This document shows positions 1 through 12,723 of a DNA stretch of 64,000 bases, one piece after another. The notes under the pieces are model-generated. The model was not told where the DNA came from. It did no database searches and saw nothing but the letters and a program-made list of their open reading frames with translations. Within the stretch, counting starts at the first letter, position 1; the number at the start of each line of letters is the position of its first letter. Source of the DNA: Podarcis vaucheri (lineage: Eukaryota); assembly GCA_965113315.1 (NCBI GenBank), contig OZ220363.1; one strand, written 5' to 3'. The position numbers and the translations under genes were made by a program.

Positions 1-1630
1 TAATAACAAATTATTATTGTTGTTGTTGTTGTTATATTTTATTTTTATTTGTTACATTCCCATTATTAATGCTAACAAATCATAGTAAGGTCCCAAACCC
101 TGGCCCCTTCCTATCCCTGCTTTGCCCATCCCTTGAAGATTCTAACTTCTCTGGACAGGAGATACATCACTTTTCTTTTCCATAAAATGCTCAGCATACT
201 GCTGTTGTTAAGTAAAACGCAAAGCAGCAGGAGGAAATCAAATTAGAACATTACAAATGTTCTAATTACACAGTACATAGATCATTATCTTATAAATGAA
301 ATAACACACTGGGTAGAGACCCCTTTCCTTGTTGAAATGACCCTTGTGTTAAGGCAAGAAGTTATAGCATGAAGTTACTTGCATGAGCAGAATGTGTGGG
401 GCAGTAAGAGGTGCACATATGCACCAGAAAAAGTTTGGCTGGCATGTGCTGATCTTCCCAAGTTTTCCATTTATCACCACCCTGACCTCTTCAACCTAAT
501 GCTACATAAAGAATCTCACCCTTCGCTGCTCAAAGGAAAAGCAACACTTATTTACCAGGTGTTCAAGGTTCCTTGTAGCTCTTGTGTATTTTCTACTTAC
601 AGCAGTACAGTTGTGTTTTAGAGGCAATTAGAAATCCAGCCCAACTTCGGGTTTCTGCTAACTCAGCACAAGGTTAGCTGAAGGAAGAAGGGGGTCCCTG
701 TCATTGTGCTGGCTTTCTTTCCCCAAATATATACTTCCTAAGGGGAGTAAGCCAGATGTTTAAGGGAGTTTTCACACACAAAAAAACACATTTTAAACTT
801 CTGAAGCTGGATTGCTACGGTGTGTGTCTTTGACATTCAATAAGCAAATGTAGCAAATACAAAAACAAATCCGGTTGTCATCCAGCCACACTTTTCCTAA
901 AGTCTACACCTCTTTGCCCTGTTTTCAAATTGGTCTGGGGCTGGGTATTCCCACTTGTGATTTTTGCCTGAGATTTTACTTGGGGAGAGACCCCCGAAAC
1001 CCCATGTTTTCCCATTCATTATTCCTGAAATCAATAGTTCGCTTTTCATGTTGTTTCCACCTTCAGCTCCACCCACCTATGTCAGAGTCAGAAAATCAGA
1101 GAACCTGAGAATCAGAAAACCGGATAATCAGGCAATCATTTGGCATCCGCAAAAGGAGCAAGAACCCTTTCGATACATATTATTGTAGACAGAAAATAAA
1201 GCTGGTTTTGGAACCATCACAACCAATCAAAGCAAACAAGGGGAACATGCACATGTTTTGCACATATATCATTTGATCACAATTCTATACGAGCACTAAA
1301 CAAGGAAAAGTAAAATAAAAAATTAAGCATGCAGAGAAAACCAGAAGAGTGCTGCTCAAAGCTAGAGAGGCAACTAGAAAAAATTATCCTACAGGGGCAG
1401 GGGCCTAAAGAAGGAAAGGAGGTGGAAGCAGACCACCCCAACACAATTCCCAGGTTTAGAATAGGGTTTTCTGTGGATTGATGCCTGTTCCAATGAAGTA
1501 GTAAATAGTGGGTTTTCCCAGGGAAAGTGGAAGGACAAAAAACAAAAGCAGAACACCTCTCTTGTACCCGTGATAATAGATTGATACAAAATACTAGAAA
1601 TCACAGGACAAAGTGTGGATGGACCCTAAG

Positions 1631-2276
1631 TGTCATGAACTGGCAGGACGATAGGGAGGAGGAAGAGGATCCTGACAAGGGGTGTAGCCAGGACTGGGCA
1701 CATCTGGGCAAGCTGGGGATGGGGAAGGAAAAGATGGTGTAGGAAGTACTCACAGGATGACGGAGGATGGCAAGGAGGTGAGGGTCAGTGCACAGGAACC
1801 AGAGCAGCAGGACCCCTCACCAGAGCCAGGGGGCCCCCCGTCTCCATGATCACGGCAGGCTCGGAGGTATAGGGAGCAGGGGGGGAGATGATCTTGGTGA
1901 CTGAAGCAGGCAAGGACCAACAGCCCAGCTCACTAGCTGGCCAGGTGGGACTCGCTAGGTCTGGGAGAAGGTGTGTGATTCCTCAGCTGGAGCAGGTGAG
2001 GGTCACGTGACTCTTTAAGCCCAGATGCTGCTATCAGTATGCAGAGTAGAAAAGGGCAACAGGTGCTGTGTCTGCTCAACTGCCCATGTTGATGGACCTT
2101 GACTTGGATGCCTCTGGACCTCTCACGGGACTGTGCTTGCGAGGGGCTGGCCTGCGGGTGCCCTGATCCCTGGGTCGGCTGCAGAGGCAGGAACCTAGTC
2201 TGACTGAACTTTGGACTTCTTGCCTGCCAGACTGTGTGCTAGCATCTGCTGTGGGATTGTGCCCTCCAGCAGGACA
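1631..2276 (+). mobile_element. Possible solo LTR
   Basis: GC-rich 646-bp block with TG...CA inverted ends (TGTCATG / CAGGACA) and a TATA-like TTTAAG after GTCACGTGAC; no TSD found. Confidence 0.4.
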
Positions 2277-3127
2277 TGCCGCCAGGTACCCTGTGGTTCA
2301 GGGCACTAAAAAAGATATCAGCTTTCTTTCTCAAGTTGATGATAATAAGTAAAAGATGCCAGCTTTGCTTTTCAAGTTCCATTGCACCTTTCAGAGCATA
2401 ATGTTTTTTCTTATCATTTTTACCTTCCCCCCCCCCCCGACTTCTGCTGCATGAACTAGACTGAAAGATCGCAAAGTGCCATGTACCATGGGACTGGACA
2501 GAAGAGCAGAAGAAGTCAACTAGATGCCTATTGGCCAACCAGATGCCTATGGGAAGCCCCAAAGCGGCACTCTCCACACTTGCAATTCCCGGAAACTGGT
2601 GTCCACAGGCATATTGCCTCTGACACATCCTTAATCATCTCACACATCCTTGCTTTTTATCTTCTTCAGTATATACTGATGCCACACACAAAATGGATAC
2701 CTTTCTGCTGTCGGCGTGGCTAGAGGTGGTTCTTCTTTGCTACACTACACATCTTTTGCACTTCCCTGCTGGAAATGTAGTAAGACTGACACAAGTGATC
2801 AAGTAGTTCATAAGGACCACTTTTCTTCCTCTGCCTCCAGCAGCCCCATACTTGTGGCAAATGAGTCATCCGACCCGCTCACCACAAGCGGATGCTACTA
2901 CTTTGCGGAACATTATCCATTTCCTCGGTGTGGGTTTGAGTGGTGTCGTGCAACGAGACCACCCATTTGTCACAACCAGAGCATAAAAGTGAATAATAAT
3001 AATAGCCGCCCCATATGCATCAACCCTAACAGCAAGGATAACTCACACAAGGATTTTAGAAAGTACATTTGAGCATGGAAAGTTAAGGCAAGGCAGAGGA
3101 ACATCAGGAACATGGACTAGAACTCAC

Positions 3128-3193
3128 CTTTTCCTTTTCCTTTTCCGACGGCTGCGGCCTTTCTTCAGCTCCACTTCCACCATCTCCAGATAT
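3128..3193 (-). CDS. COL18A1: COL18A1 exon with Ser-Gly glycosaminoglycan attachment motifs (66 nt)
   Basis: Acceptor cctctttag|ATA. Encodes ISGDGGSGAEERPQPSEKEKEK. Donor AAG|GTGAGT; phase 0-0. Resembles the ASGD.GSG exon of collagen XVIII. Confidence 0.88.
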
Positions 3194-3479
3194 CTAAAGA
3201 GGTTTTTGTTTAAATGAAAGATAAAGGTAAGCAGAGGATGAAAATGAAGGATGGTTGCACTCACTTGATTAATGCATTCAGTATAGTCAATTATTTCCCT
3301 GGGGGGAAAAACCCTATGAAATGCAATAGCCGGGCTAGAGCATAGCAACAGAAGTTTGGTGTAAAAATATATCAACCATATGCAGAAAACTAATCCTCAA
3401 GCCACATTCAGCTATTGTGAAGTGGTGTCTTCTCTCAACATTTATGGAACCCTTTTCTTCTTACAAGCTTATCTCGTCA

Positions 3480-3566
3480 CAAACCAAAACACCTACTTTC
3501 GGGTTTGCAGCGTTCTTAATCCAAGTTGTTCATAAACTAAGCTGTTCTTAAACCAAGGTACCGCTG
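3480..3566. mobile_element. Right end of a Tigger-like MITE
   Basis: GTTCTTAA subrepeats and terminus AACCAAGGTACCGCTG|TA. Confidence 0.55.
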
Positions 3567-4299
3567 TACCAGAAAGAATGCAAAAGGGAGAAACAAGTTC
3601 TCAAAATTGCCAATAATTAAGGTTTATTACAGCTCAGTGCATTTCAGAACAGAAGTTCCTTCTTCAGGAGTTAATTTAAACTTCTGCATTCTATAGACTA
3701 TCCAGAGCAGCTTGCACAAATCCTACTGCCTATCTGGCACCATGCGGTCTGACTTTGTGGTGTCAGATAAACCACAGCATTGAGAGAGTCTGCCAAACAG
3801 AGGGTTTATTTATTTTTTAGTGCAGTTTATAAGCCTGCCCTTTATCACATAATCCCAGGACAAGGTATACGTCATAAAGGTAACAAAGAAATAGCAAATA
3901 TAAAACCATAACACATACACACAAAAACAATGAAAAATGAAAACAAGGTGAGACTGGCTAGCCTCTTACCACACCCTCCCAAAAGCCTGGCTAAAGAGGT
4001 ATGCCTTCAGAAAATACTAATCTAGACTGATATTGATCTGCCACAAGGAGAAGATTGAAAGTTTCCACTTCAAATTAACTGCAGTTTAGCAAGTTATCTG
4101 AATCCTAAACTGTGGTTTATCTCAACTATTTTCTGTGAAAACAAAAAGATTCATAAGCAATAGTTTTTGAATTTGGCTTGTTTCCACTAACCATAGTTAA
4201 GATTAACCACATCTTCTCATAGTGCTAAATTATGGTTTAGTAGCAGTATGTCTGAACCACCCCAATATACAACAGCTTTAATATGGTCAAATCCTGAGC

Positions 4300-4337
4300 C
4301 ACTTACCATATCAGAATCACTTACCATATCAGAATCA
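4300..4337. repeat. 18-bp exact tandem duplication spanning an exon-intron junction
   Basis: ACTTACCATATCAGAATC at 4301-4318 and 4319-4336. Confidence 0.97.
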
Positions 4338-4408
4338 TCATCATCTTCCTCACACTGGACATCAGCTGCGTGAGGATCTCCTTTCACTTTCAATTCTGCA
4401 ATTACACC
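4325..4408 (-). CDS. COL18A1: COL18A1 exon, end of TSPN domain (84 nt; an alternative donor at 4307 gives 102 nt)
   Basis: Acceptor gtttctggttttgtag|GGT. Encodes GVIAELKVKGDPHAADVQCEEDDDDSDM. Donor ATG|GTAAGT. Not in the ORF track; read by hand. Confidence 0.93.
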
Positions 4409-5327
4409 CTACAAAACCAGAAACACAGGCATCATTACTTTTTTAGCTTCCATGAAGCAGAGAGCACCACTCCCAGTTGTGGGGAGTACAACCCTGAGGC
4501 CTGGCACCCTAATGATTGATTACATTTCCTACTTGATTATAAGCCAAGACTCCTTTCCAACACAGACGCAGCTTGCTCATATTTCCAATGGCAATGGCTC
4601 TGTTTCACAGAGACCCCCTGGCACAAGCTGCAATGGTTGTTGTATCACTTCTAATTAAAGCGAACAGTTCATTGATCTCTCATTGTAGACCAGAGATATC
4701 CCACCTACGCTGATCAAAACTTTAGCATCCAATGTAAATTATTTAAGGCAGGAGAACAAAAACCATGTGGGAAGGAGGTTGGCAAGCAACGTCCCTTGTG
4801 GCAGAGAGATGGACTTTATATTTCTTTCTGGTCTCTTCAAAATCTATGGTTCTTTCTAATAAGGTTTTTGGGTGGTCAAGCACACAGATTCAGCATTCCC
4901 AGCACCCACAAGTCTCATATGAACTATCATTTTCCCCCTGAATCTTTGCAGCCTGAGAAGCAAACCAGCAGCAAGATGCATCATGTGGGGTGGTACAGAG
5001 TTTCTGTCTGTCTGTCTGTCTGTCTCACACATACACACACATGGGTGGGGTGTAATGTCTAGTGTGACAACCCGACACCTGAATGCTACAATGTTCACAC
5101 CCGCCTTACTTGCCTCAGATACAATCCAAAGCTGCGTCGTGTTTTGCAATGCTGATCAGGAGCAGCTGTGGGCATGTAACATCCTAACCACTTAGGTCCT
5201 GGGCACACATGCAGATCTTAGGAGTTAAGAATGGACTAAAAGACAGTTTCATTCCTTTATGGTCTAGTTTATAAAAGCAGTTTTAACAACTTTGTTCCAT
5301 CATTTTTGACAGATTGAGAATTACTAC

Positions 5328-5382
<55 letters not shown>
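5328..5382. repeat. (AAAG)n microsatellite
   Basis: Direct reading. Confidence 0.97.
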
Positions 5383-6904
5383 CTTCTGGAAGGAACGTTT
5401 AGAGGAGAAATGTTACCATTTTCTGTCCCCACCACATACTCTTACAGTGAAGCTGATGCCCCCATTCACCCAGCTCACATTTGTCAGAATCCAAAGCAAA
5501 CCTAAATATTTTAAATATGTGGGGAGACACTGGCTTTCCCCCTTAAACAAATATGTGACGTGTAGGCTAACTGATGCCCATAACTGAGTTTGAGATAAAG
5601 CTACACTTCAAATCAGGCTGATGGGTACCACTAATAATTACACTGCAGTGTGCCCACTGGTTCCTTGCTTGAGTTGAACCTTTGCTCTGCAAGCAAAGAG
5701 GTGATGACTTGTTCCTATGCAGCCCTATAATGTGATTCATATTTTGTGATTCATCAGACAGTTAGACAGACAAAGGGGTGGCTTTTAGGCAATGTCAGTT
5801 CTCCAGAGCCAAGGGGTGGGGTGAGGGATGCTTCTTCTCCAGGCACAATTAAAAAAAGATCATCTGTTAGATGAAACTTTACAGTGGATCCATTCCATCT
5901 GAGTTTACAATTTGAAAGGAAGCTGAGAGCACAGCGTGACCATCAGCCAACAAGCTGCCCCTTAAATCTAACGGAACATTCCTGCTCCAGCCTGCCGACT
6001 GAGCCAATTTAATGGGGGTCACTGACAAAAGCCACAGAGGAGGACAAGATAAAGTTTTTAGCCAAAGTTCTGTGTGCAGCTGCCCCTTCAAAGCTATTCT
6101 GCGGTAGACTCTCAAAGGCTTTTTCATAGCACAGACAGCATGCAAACAGGAGTGATCTCCCTGCCATCTTCCTTCTTCCATGTTTGCAAAAGCCAAGCAA
6201 CTCCCTCATTTGCAGGAAAACAGCCTGTCCCGTAACTCAAAAGCATATTTCAGTAAACTGTTACAAATGCATGCACCCACACACACATTCTCTGCTTTAA
6301 TTTGTGCAGATCACCTTTGCTTCCCTCAGTCTCTCTGGTGGCTACTGAAAATGCTTACATAGAGATTGCTTTCAACAAAAATTATGAACATTTAGGAATA
6401 GCTCAGATCAGCAGATTCCATCCTACCTTCTGAGAATTGAAGCAAACCAAGGCTTTTGGTGAACAGCAGACTGATCGGTCTTACATCAGCTAAGAACCAA
6501 TGACATACGTTCCTTTCTTTCCTGTTCACAAGCAGCAATGGTTTTAATGAGGCATGTGTGGTAAAAAAAAATAGTTGCAAAGAAATATTGCTAAAAGCTC
6601 CAGGTATCTCCACTATCAGTTTACTACTGCCTCTTCACCAATGATGGATCAGAGGACTTACAATGCTGAATCTTTCTATTCTCCTGACTTGATGGCTCTA
6701 GATGATGGATAGCCAAGGTGGTACCAATTTTGTGGTACAGCAGTGCTTTAATTTGGTCTCAGGAAACCTGAAATCAAATCTCAGCTCAGGGAGCCTCTAG
6801 AAAGGAGCAATCTTTGAAGACCCATTTATGCAATGGCTCGATTCAAACAAACATCCAAAGTGTGATTTGGAGGATAAACTGAGGTATAGTGGATGTGACT
6901 GTGG

Positions 6905-7175
6905 TCTAGGGGGTGTTAGAGGAGGCATGGCACCTCTGATGGGGGGCATGATGTCGTCCTTCTGGGGTAGTTTGTCCAACTTGGTCCTCAACCTGCACCC
7001 AGTTCTCACCTGCGGCTTCTAGAAAATGTCAGCATGCAACAGCAGCCATACCCGGGAAGCGGATTCAACTGGCTGGATAAACTACATGAGGGTAGCTGTG
7101 GGGTCTCAAACCTTTAGTGAGTTTGGGACTTCCACCGCATGCAAAGACAGGCTCCAACAAACTGAGACCAATCAT
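6905..7175 (+). mobile_element. Probable RTE-clade LINE 5' UTR fragment
   Basis: GC-rich segment with CCATACCCGGGAAGCGG.TTC.ACTGGCTGG.TAAAC...GAGGGTAGC..GGGTCTCAAACC, resembling RTE 5' ends (recognition only). Confidence 0.4.
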
Positions 7176-9602
7176 GGGTCCAACAGTCATAGTATAGATT
7201 CTGATGTTGAATACAGTAGATGGGCAGAATTGAAGGAGGCAGTCAACCACTCCTCACACTTAGCTCATATTTATCATTGGGGAGCCAACAGCAGCAACGC
7301 CTTTTCTTGATCATGTATAAAACAAGAACCAGCATTCTAAAATGTAAGCATTCTTACATTTAAAGACTGCCACTAACCCTTTCTCCTTGCCTTTTTGATA
7401 GATACCAATTTGACACAGCCACGACTCTGGCCCCCTCCCTTCCTTTCCCATACGTGTATTATGCTCCTGCCAGGTAGAAGCGAACATTTCTATGCACAGT
7501 GAGATCTTCACCTGGGAGACTGCCAGGCCTTTATGTTCAAGTGCAGGATTTACGTACCTCACCTCACTGTAAATACACTACACAATACATCATCACCTCC
7601 TGCTCTTGGGGCAAGAGAGTAGAAACAGGAGGCAGGCAAGGACAGGCCAGAGGCTTCAAGTAGCTGCACGACCAAAAGTGGGGAGAACAGACAAACAAGG
7701 TGCTCTTATTCTTAAGAGAGAGCAGTTAAGGACAGGACAGCCTTCTGTGAAGAAATCAGGAAAACAATTCATTGTGATCTCTCTAAAATCCTCCCACTGC
7801 TCATCATTCCAATCTTCATTTTGAGGGTGAAGAGAACAAGGAAGCTGCTGGCGGAAACAAGGTGCAGCAGGTATTATGGAGTACATGGGCCAGCTTTGGG
7901 TTTCTCATAATCTTTTGCAAGGGGGAAATATTCACAAGCCCCCTTTGATTACCTTTTTGGTATGTTATTCACTGTCTCCCTGAAACTGGTCCTTTCCTTG
8001 ATATGTAGCATTGGCTAACCTCAAACAAACCATCACATGCTTGTTCCAGAAGCAATTCCAGACACGTCATAATATTATAGGCAGCACAATGTTATCAAAG
8101 AGCGCATCACACTCAGTTCTGCAGGAATGTCATAAAAGCTTTCCGATGATGTTATGTAGCCAAATCAAAATGAAGGCAATGTTTCTTGACCTCACTTCTC
8201 AGCAGGTTAAGTGTGTTCACCCTGCTTTGCAACTCCTATGAAAACTTGTAACAAGGAAAAGAAAGAGGTGCGTTTCATGGGAGAATGGGGCTAAAGGTGG
8301 GGTTTTTTGTGAAACATACCCTGCTGTTTCAAGTCAACACTAGGCCAAGGGTGTTTTAAAATGTATACCGAAGTCCAAGTTCCCAATGTTTCTTTTAAAC
8401 ATCTGAATTTCAGAGCCTATGTATGGTTATGTTTTCCTGACTAGGATTTAAAGTTTCTTTCTATGCCAAATCCTTGGTCTCAAGAACAGAGAGTGATCAG
8501 TATTAATTCCCTTATTTTTCCCACTCTAAAGGAGGAAAATGCTGCATGTGTTTATAAGCTGTAGAATCTTCTTGACAATCTTTCATCCATTAGCTTTGTT
8601 AGGATGCTACTATTTGTTTGCATTCCTGAAGATAATCCACACTTCCTTAGCATTTATTTAGTCTTTACAACTACAGTATACATCTGAAGCACAACAAATT
8701 CTTTCCCAAAAGTTCAGTCCAAAACATATATGCCCTGTCTGCATGTAATGCTAAATGATGTTTTAGTGGTATGAAGACAAGCCACAGTGAGCCTTAAGCT
8801 CATGCGCACCTCCATATACATTCTCCAGTGTGGCAGTGAAGATGAGATTGGAAGCTTCCAATTCCACTTTAGGTTAACCATAGCTTAACATTCCATCCAA
8901 ATCCTAAACTGCAATTAATCTTAACTATTGTTGTGAAATTTAACTATCAGTGAAAACAAACTAGCTTCATAAACTGTGATCTGAAGTTGACTTGTGGTAG
9001 GTCAACCCACAATTCACTATGATGGCATTGAATATTCCAGTTCACATTGGCTCAATCCAGATATAATGGCAAACCATGGTTTAACTTTAGCAACAAGCCT
9101 GCATGAGCCACAGGCTCACATGTTACCTGCTTCACTGGGGGGGGGGGGGGCTAAAAACTTCTATGAACATAGAACAAGCTATGTCTAAACTCAAGGAACT
9201 GAGGCTCATTCTAACTGGCATCACACTGGCATCCTGCACAAACTAGTATGAACCCCATGTAGTACTGACTGTGCCCTTCAACAGTGTTAGATGATATGGA
9301 ATCACCCACCGCATTAGTGCATCAGCATAAACATATTACCCTGTAACACGCAACACACCAACACTGTGAGGGCATTTCAGGTAGAAATAGAAGCTAAAGT
9401 ACTTCAGGTGGAGGGTGCCAGTCACACCTGAACCAAGTAAAGAGCACACCTGAACCAAAGCATCTCTTATGGAATTAAAGAAACCCTTAACTTTCCAAAT
9501 GTAGAGTGCTTAAATGAGGCTACACATGCCTTCTGCTGTACCCCAAGTGAAGTGGCAATATCTGTCTTTGTGTGCTGCGGATTCCCAATGTAAGCCTTCA
9601 CT

Positions 9603-9631
9603 GGGGTGGGTGGGTGGGTGGGTGGGTGGGT
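9603..9631 (+). repeat. (GGGT)n repeat, G-quadruplex-forming motif
   Basis: Seven GGG runs separated by single T. Confidence 0.9.
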
Positions 9632-10356
9632 GTGCCTCAAATGATTTCATCTCCCTCCAAGCTAAAAGGGGCTCCATTCTCCACACATCCAGAAGAGAAA
9701 AGATGGCATGGGAACCTGGGTAGCACCTAACTGGGAAAGAGTCCCTGAGATAAATTTTGTACATTATATAGAGTTGGAATTGTTGCTTTTGAAAGGTAGG
9801 TGCACAAAGACTCGAGGTGGGAGGATAAATAACCGCATATTTTGAAACTCTTTGATTTACACCAGATCCACAGTACTCCAAACAACCTCTTCAGAAAGAT
9901 TTCTAAATGGATAAACATTCACTGGCACAGCTCTAGAGTAAAACTAGTCATCATCTTTTAAAACACGCAAAACCTGTGTACACTCACAGGGGTCAAGCCT
10001 ATTTTTGTAGTTTCCATCCAAACCCTGTTGCAGGCCATGGATGACTCTAATCCTCTTCTTGACCCAAGACAAAGTTACCCTTAGACTTATTACATGGAAT
10101 GTTTCCCCATCTGGAGTCTGATTTTATGCTCACAGGCAGGATGCCTGGGACAGGGAGGGTAACGAGTTGTGTTCTAATCGGTCTGTTTTGCAGATGGTGC
10201 AAAATAAAAGTTTCCTCCCGATTTTGTTCTTTGAAACAAACCAGAGTTGACACATATTTTCAAAAATCATACTTGCTGGCATTTACTGCTCCCTGGCTCT
10301 TTCCAGTAAATAAATTAGTCTCCCATTATGTCTCACCAAGTGTTTTTGTACTGTAC

Positions 10357-10658
10357 TGTAAGAGGAGTCTTGTTGGATCAGACCAACGGCCCGTCCAGTT
10401 CAGCATTTTGTTCCCACAATGGCCAACCCAATGCAAGCAGGACTTGAGTGCAACAGCATTCTCCCCACTTGTGAATGGTATTCAGAGGCATACTGCTTCC
10501 CCACAGGGAGGACAGAACATACGTAACCATCATGGCTAGTAGCCATTAATAGCCTCGTCCTCCATGAATTCATATAATCTTCTTTTAAAATCATCCAAGT
10601 TGGTGGCCGCTACTACTTCTCATGGGAACAAATTCCACAGTTTACCAATGTGCTATGT
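10357..10658 (-). mobile_element. CR1 LINE 3' end fragment
   Basis: TGGATCAGACCAA.GGCCC.TC.AGT.CAGCAT...TAGCCATT.ATAGCC...TCCTCCATGAATT, typical of squamate CR1 3' ends. Confidence 0.75.
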
Positions 10659-12178
10659 AAGAACATGTAAGAACTTCTAGTCACCTGCAGCTACTGTTTA
10701 ACATTCCTCCTGCATTCTGGTAGCAGCAGACTAAAGAAAGTATCTGTTGTGTGTATCCCATATGAATATCCACATCTGTTACTGAGTGGGCAGGGGAAAC
10801 TGCTCCCCAAGGCAATCTGTGCTGAAAAGCTGCAAAAGCAGCATTTATCACGTTTTCTAATCAGTTGTCAACAAGGCTTGGGTAGAAATACCCCATGCTT
10901 TTGTCTGCAGACATCAGCTGTAGAAAATTCTGGCCACCCTCCTCCACCACCACCACCCGCAAAAGAAGAATGCAGCAATGGATTTGATCTCAGTGGGGAG
11001 GGCCAAGTACAAATCACAGGGGTCACTAGACTGACAAATTAAGCCAGTGTCTGGAAATGAACTTGATGGTGAAAAATGTTAATTACTTCCCCTTTGTTTT
11101 TCACTCTGGATGATACACTGGAATGATTATTCAGATTCGTTTTTAAAGCTCCTTGCAAAGTTAACAAAATAATCTCTTTCCGCAAAAAGAAAGATGGACT
11201 TCAAAAGACAGAGGAAGTTGCCACTGTCACTTATAAGTACTGGCTATAATCACTTCCATATATTCCTCATCAGATTCTTCACAATGGCAATTCATTGGGT
11301 TGGTGTGGTTGTTTCTTTAAAAAAAGAAACATCAAAATATCTTTCAGTGTTCATTGATAGATGTACATAATGAGCATACGCACCAAAGTAAAATGGGTAC
11401 AGGCAAAAAAAGATTTAAAAACCACAAAAATCAAAATTTCTACAAACTAACCTACATTCTGCAGCTGAAACATCTAGGAAATCATATTCAGTAACATTAC
11501 ACTACTGAGCTAACTTTGGTCTACTGAGGCTGCCAAACATGGGAACTAGACAACCATCTGTCAGCTGCACAAAACACAAATATATACAGACAGTTCTCCA
11601 TAAACTGAGATAATGATCATGCATGCTGAATTTGATCTATATATAAGAAAACACACACAGGTTAAGAACCCCTGGTTAGACTAGAGGCTCTTTTCCATGC
11701 TCTGGTGAGGTCCTTGCATGCATAAATAAGAGAATGGGCAAATTCTCATCCCAAAATAAACAGATGCTTCTATAAAAAGCAGTGAGTGATCCCACAACAG
11801 ATCAATGCCCAGGCGATGTCTGGTAGGCTTGCAAATTAATAATTCACAGGGGAAAACCTCACCATTCTTGTATCTCTGAATTGCCATCTCCTTACTGGGC
11901 CTCTTTTCTCACTAGTAAAAGGCAAATGCAGATGGGAAATTAGAGGATGAGGCAGCCTGAGTACAAGAGCAAGGAGAAAGCTCCTTGATAGAAACTTTGG
12001 GTAAGCCAACAACATGTCAGTGGATTTTTATTTTTATTTTGCTTGTTCCCACTTCCTTGGTCTACTGAATCACACAAGGCCAAATTATGTATTTCAACAC
12101 TCTCTGTTCACTGTGAACTCACATCAGCCTGTGACCATTTTCACTGAAAAGAATACCTTGGTGTAAGTCCATGCTCAC

Positions 12179-12723
12179 CTGGTATTTATCGGGATCAGCT
12201 CCTCCAGCTTGTGCCACAAAAAGCCCTGAGCCATCTTCCAGCTCCATCTCATCAGGCGAGCGTTCAAAACGGACCCGCTCAAACTCCTCGCAGTCTACGT
12301 AGAGAACGACTTCCTCATCCTCCACGCTGATGGCAAAGCGAGTCCACTGATTGACTAGGGAAGGCACTGTGAATGCAGCAGCGGCATAGGAGTTCTGAGA
12401 GCCAGGCTCCGTATAATAGAAGATGATCTGCTGTTTTCCATCTTTCACCTCTGATAGCTTCACACCAACATAAATGATTGACTGGGAGGCATCCGTGATA
12501 GCAAAAAGGACCCCTGCCTTGTCTGTGGTGGGCTGCACATGGAACAAGAGTGAGAAGTCTCTGTAAAAAGGGCTGGGGAGGTGGTAACGTGCCACTTGTC
12601 CAGTGTTGGCATCCAGTCCAAACACATAGCCAGGGCTGTTGTCTGGGCCATACACTTTGGTTATCTGGTCTGGTGGGGGATCTCCAATCAGCTCCAAGAG
12701 GCCAACTTCTGTGCTGAAGTTTT
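12179..12723 (-). CDS. COL18A1: COL18A1 TSPN/laminin-G-like domain exon (545 nt, shared by all isoforms)
   Basis: Acceptor ttttcccccttcaccag|AA at 12724/12723. Encodes (E)[21 protein letters not shown]...[15 protein letters not shown]. Donor CAG|GTGAGC at 12179/12178; phase 1 to 0. Confidence 0.96.

Noticed and set aside
2701-2770. Candidate next COL18A1 exon (ttccag acceptor, ...KEEPPLATPTAE, AAG|GTATCC donor)
   Set aside because: All three frames have stops from the plausible acceptor, and the donor is weak. The next true exon probably lies beyond position 1.
12119-12697. ORF-track boundaries for the TSPN ORF
   Set aside because: The TTG start and the VSMDLHQ... tail are artefacts of reading without splicing; the true exon is 12179-12723.
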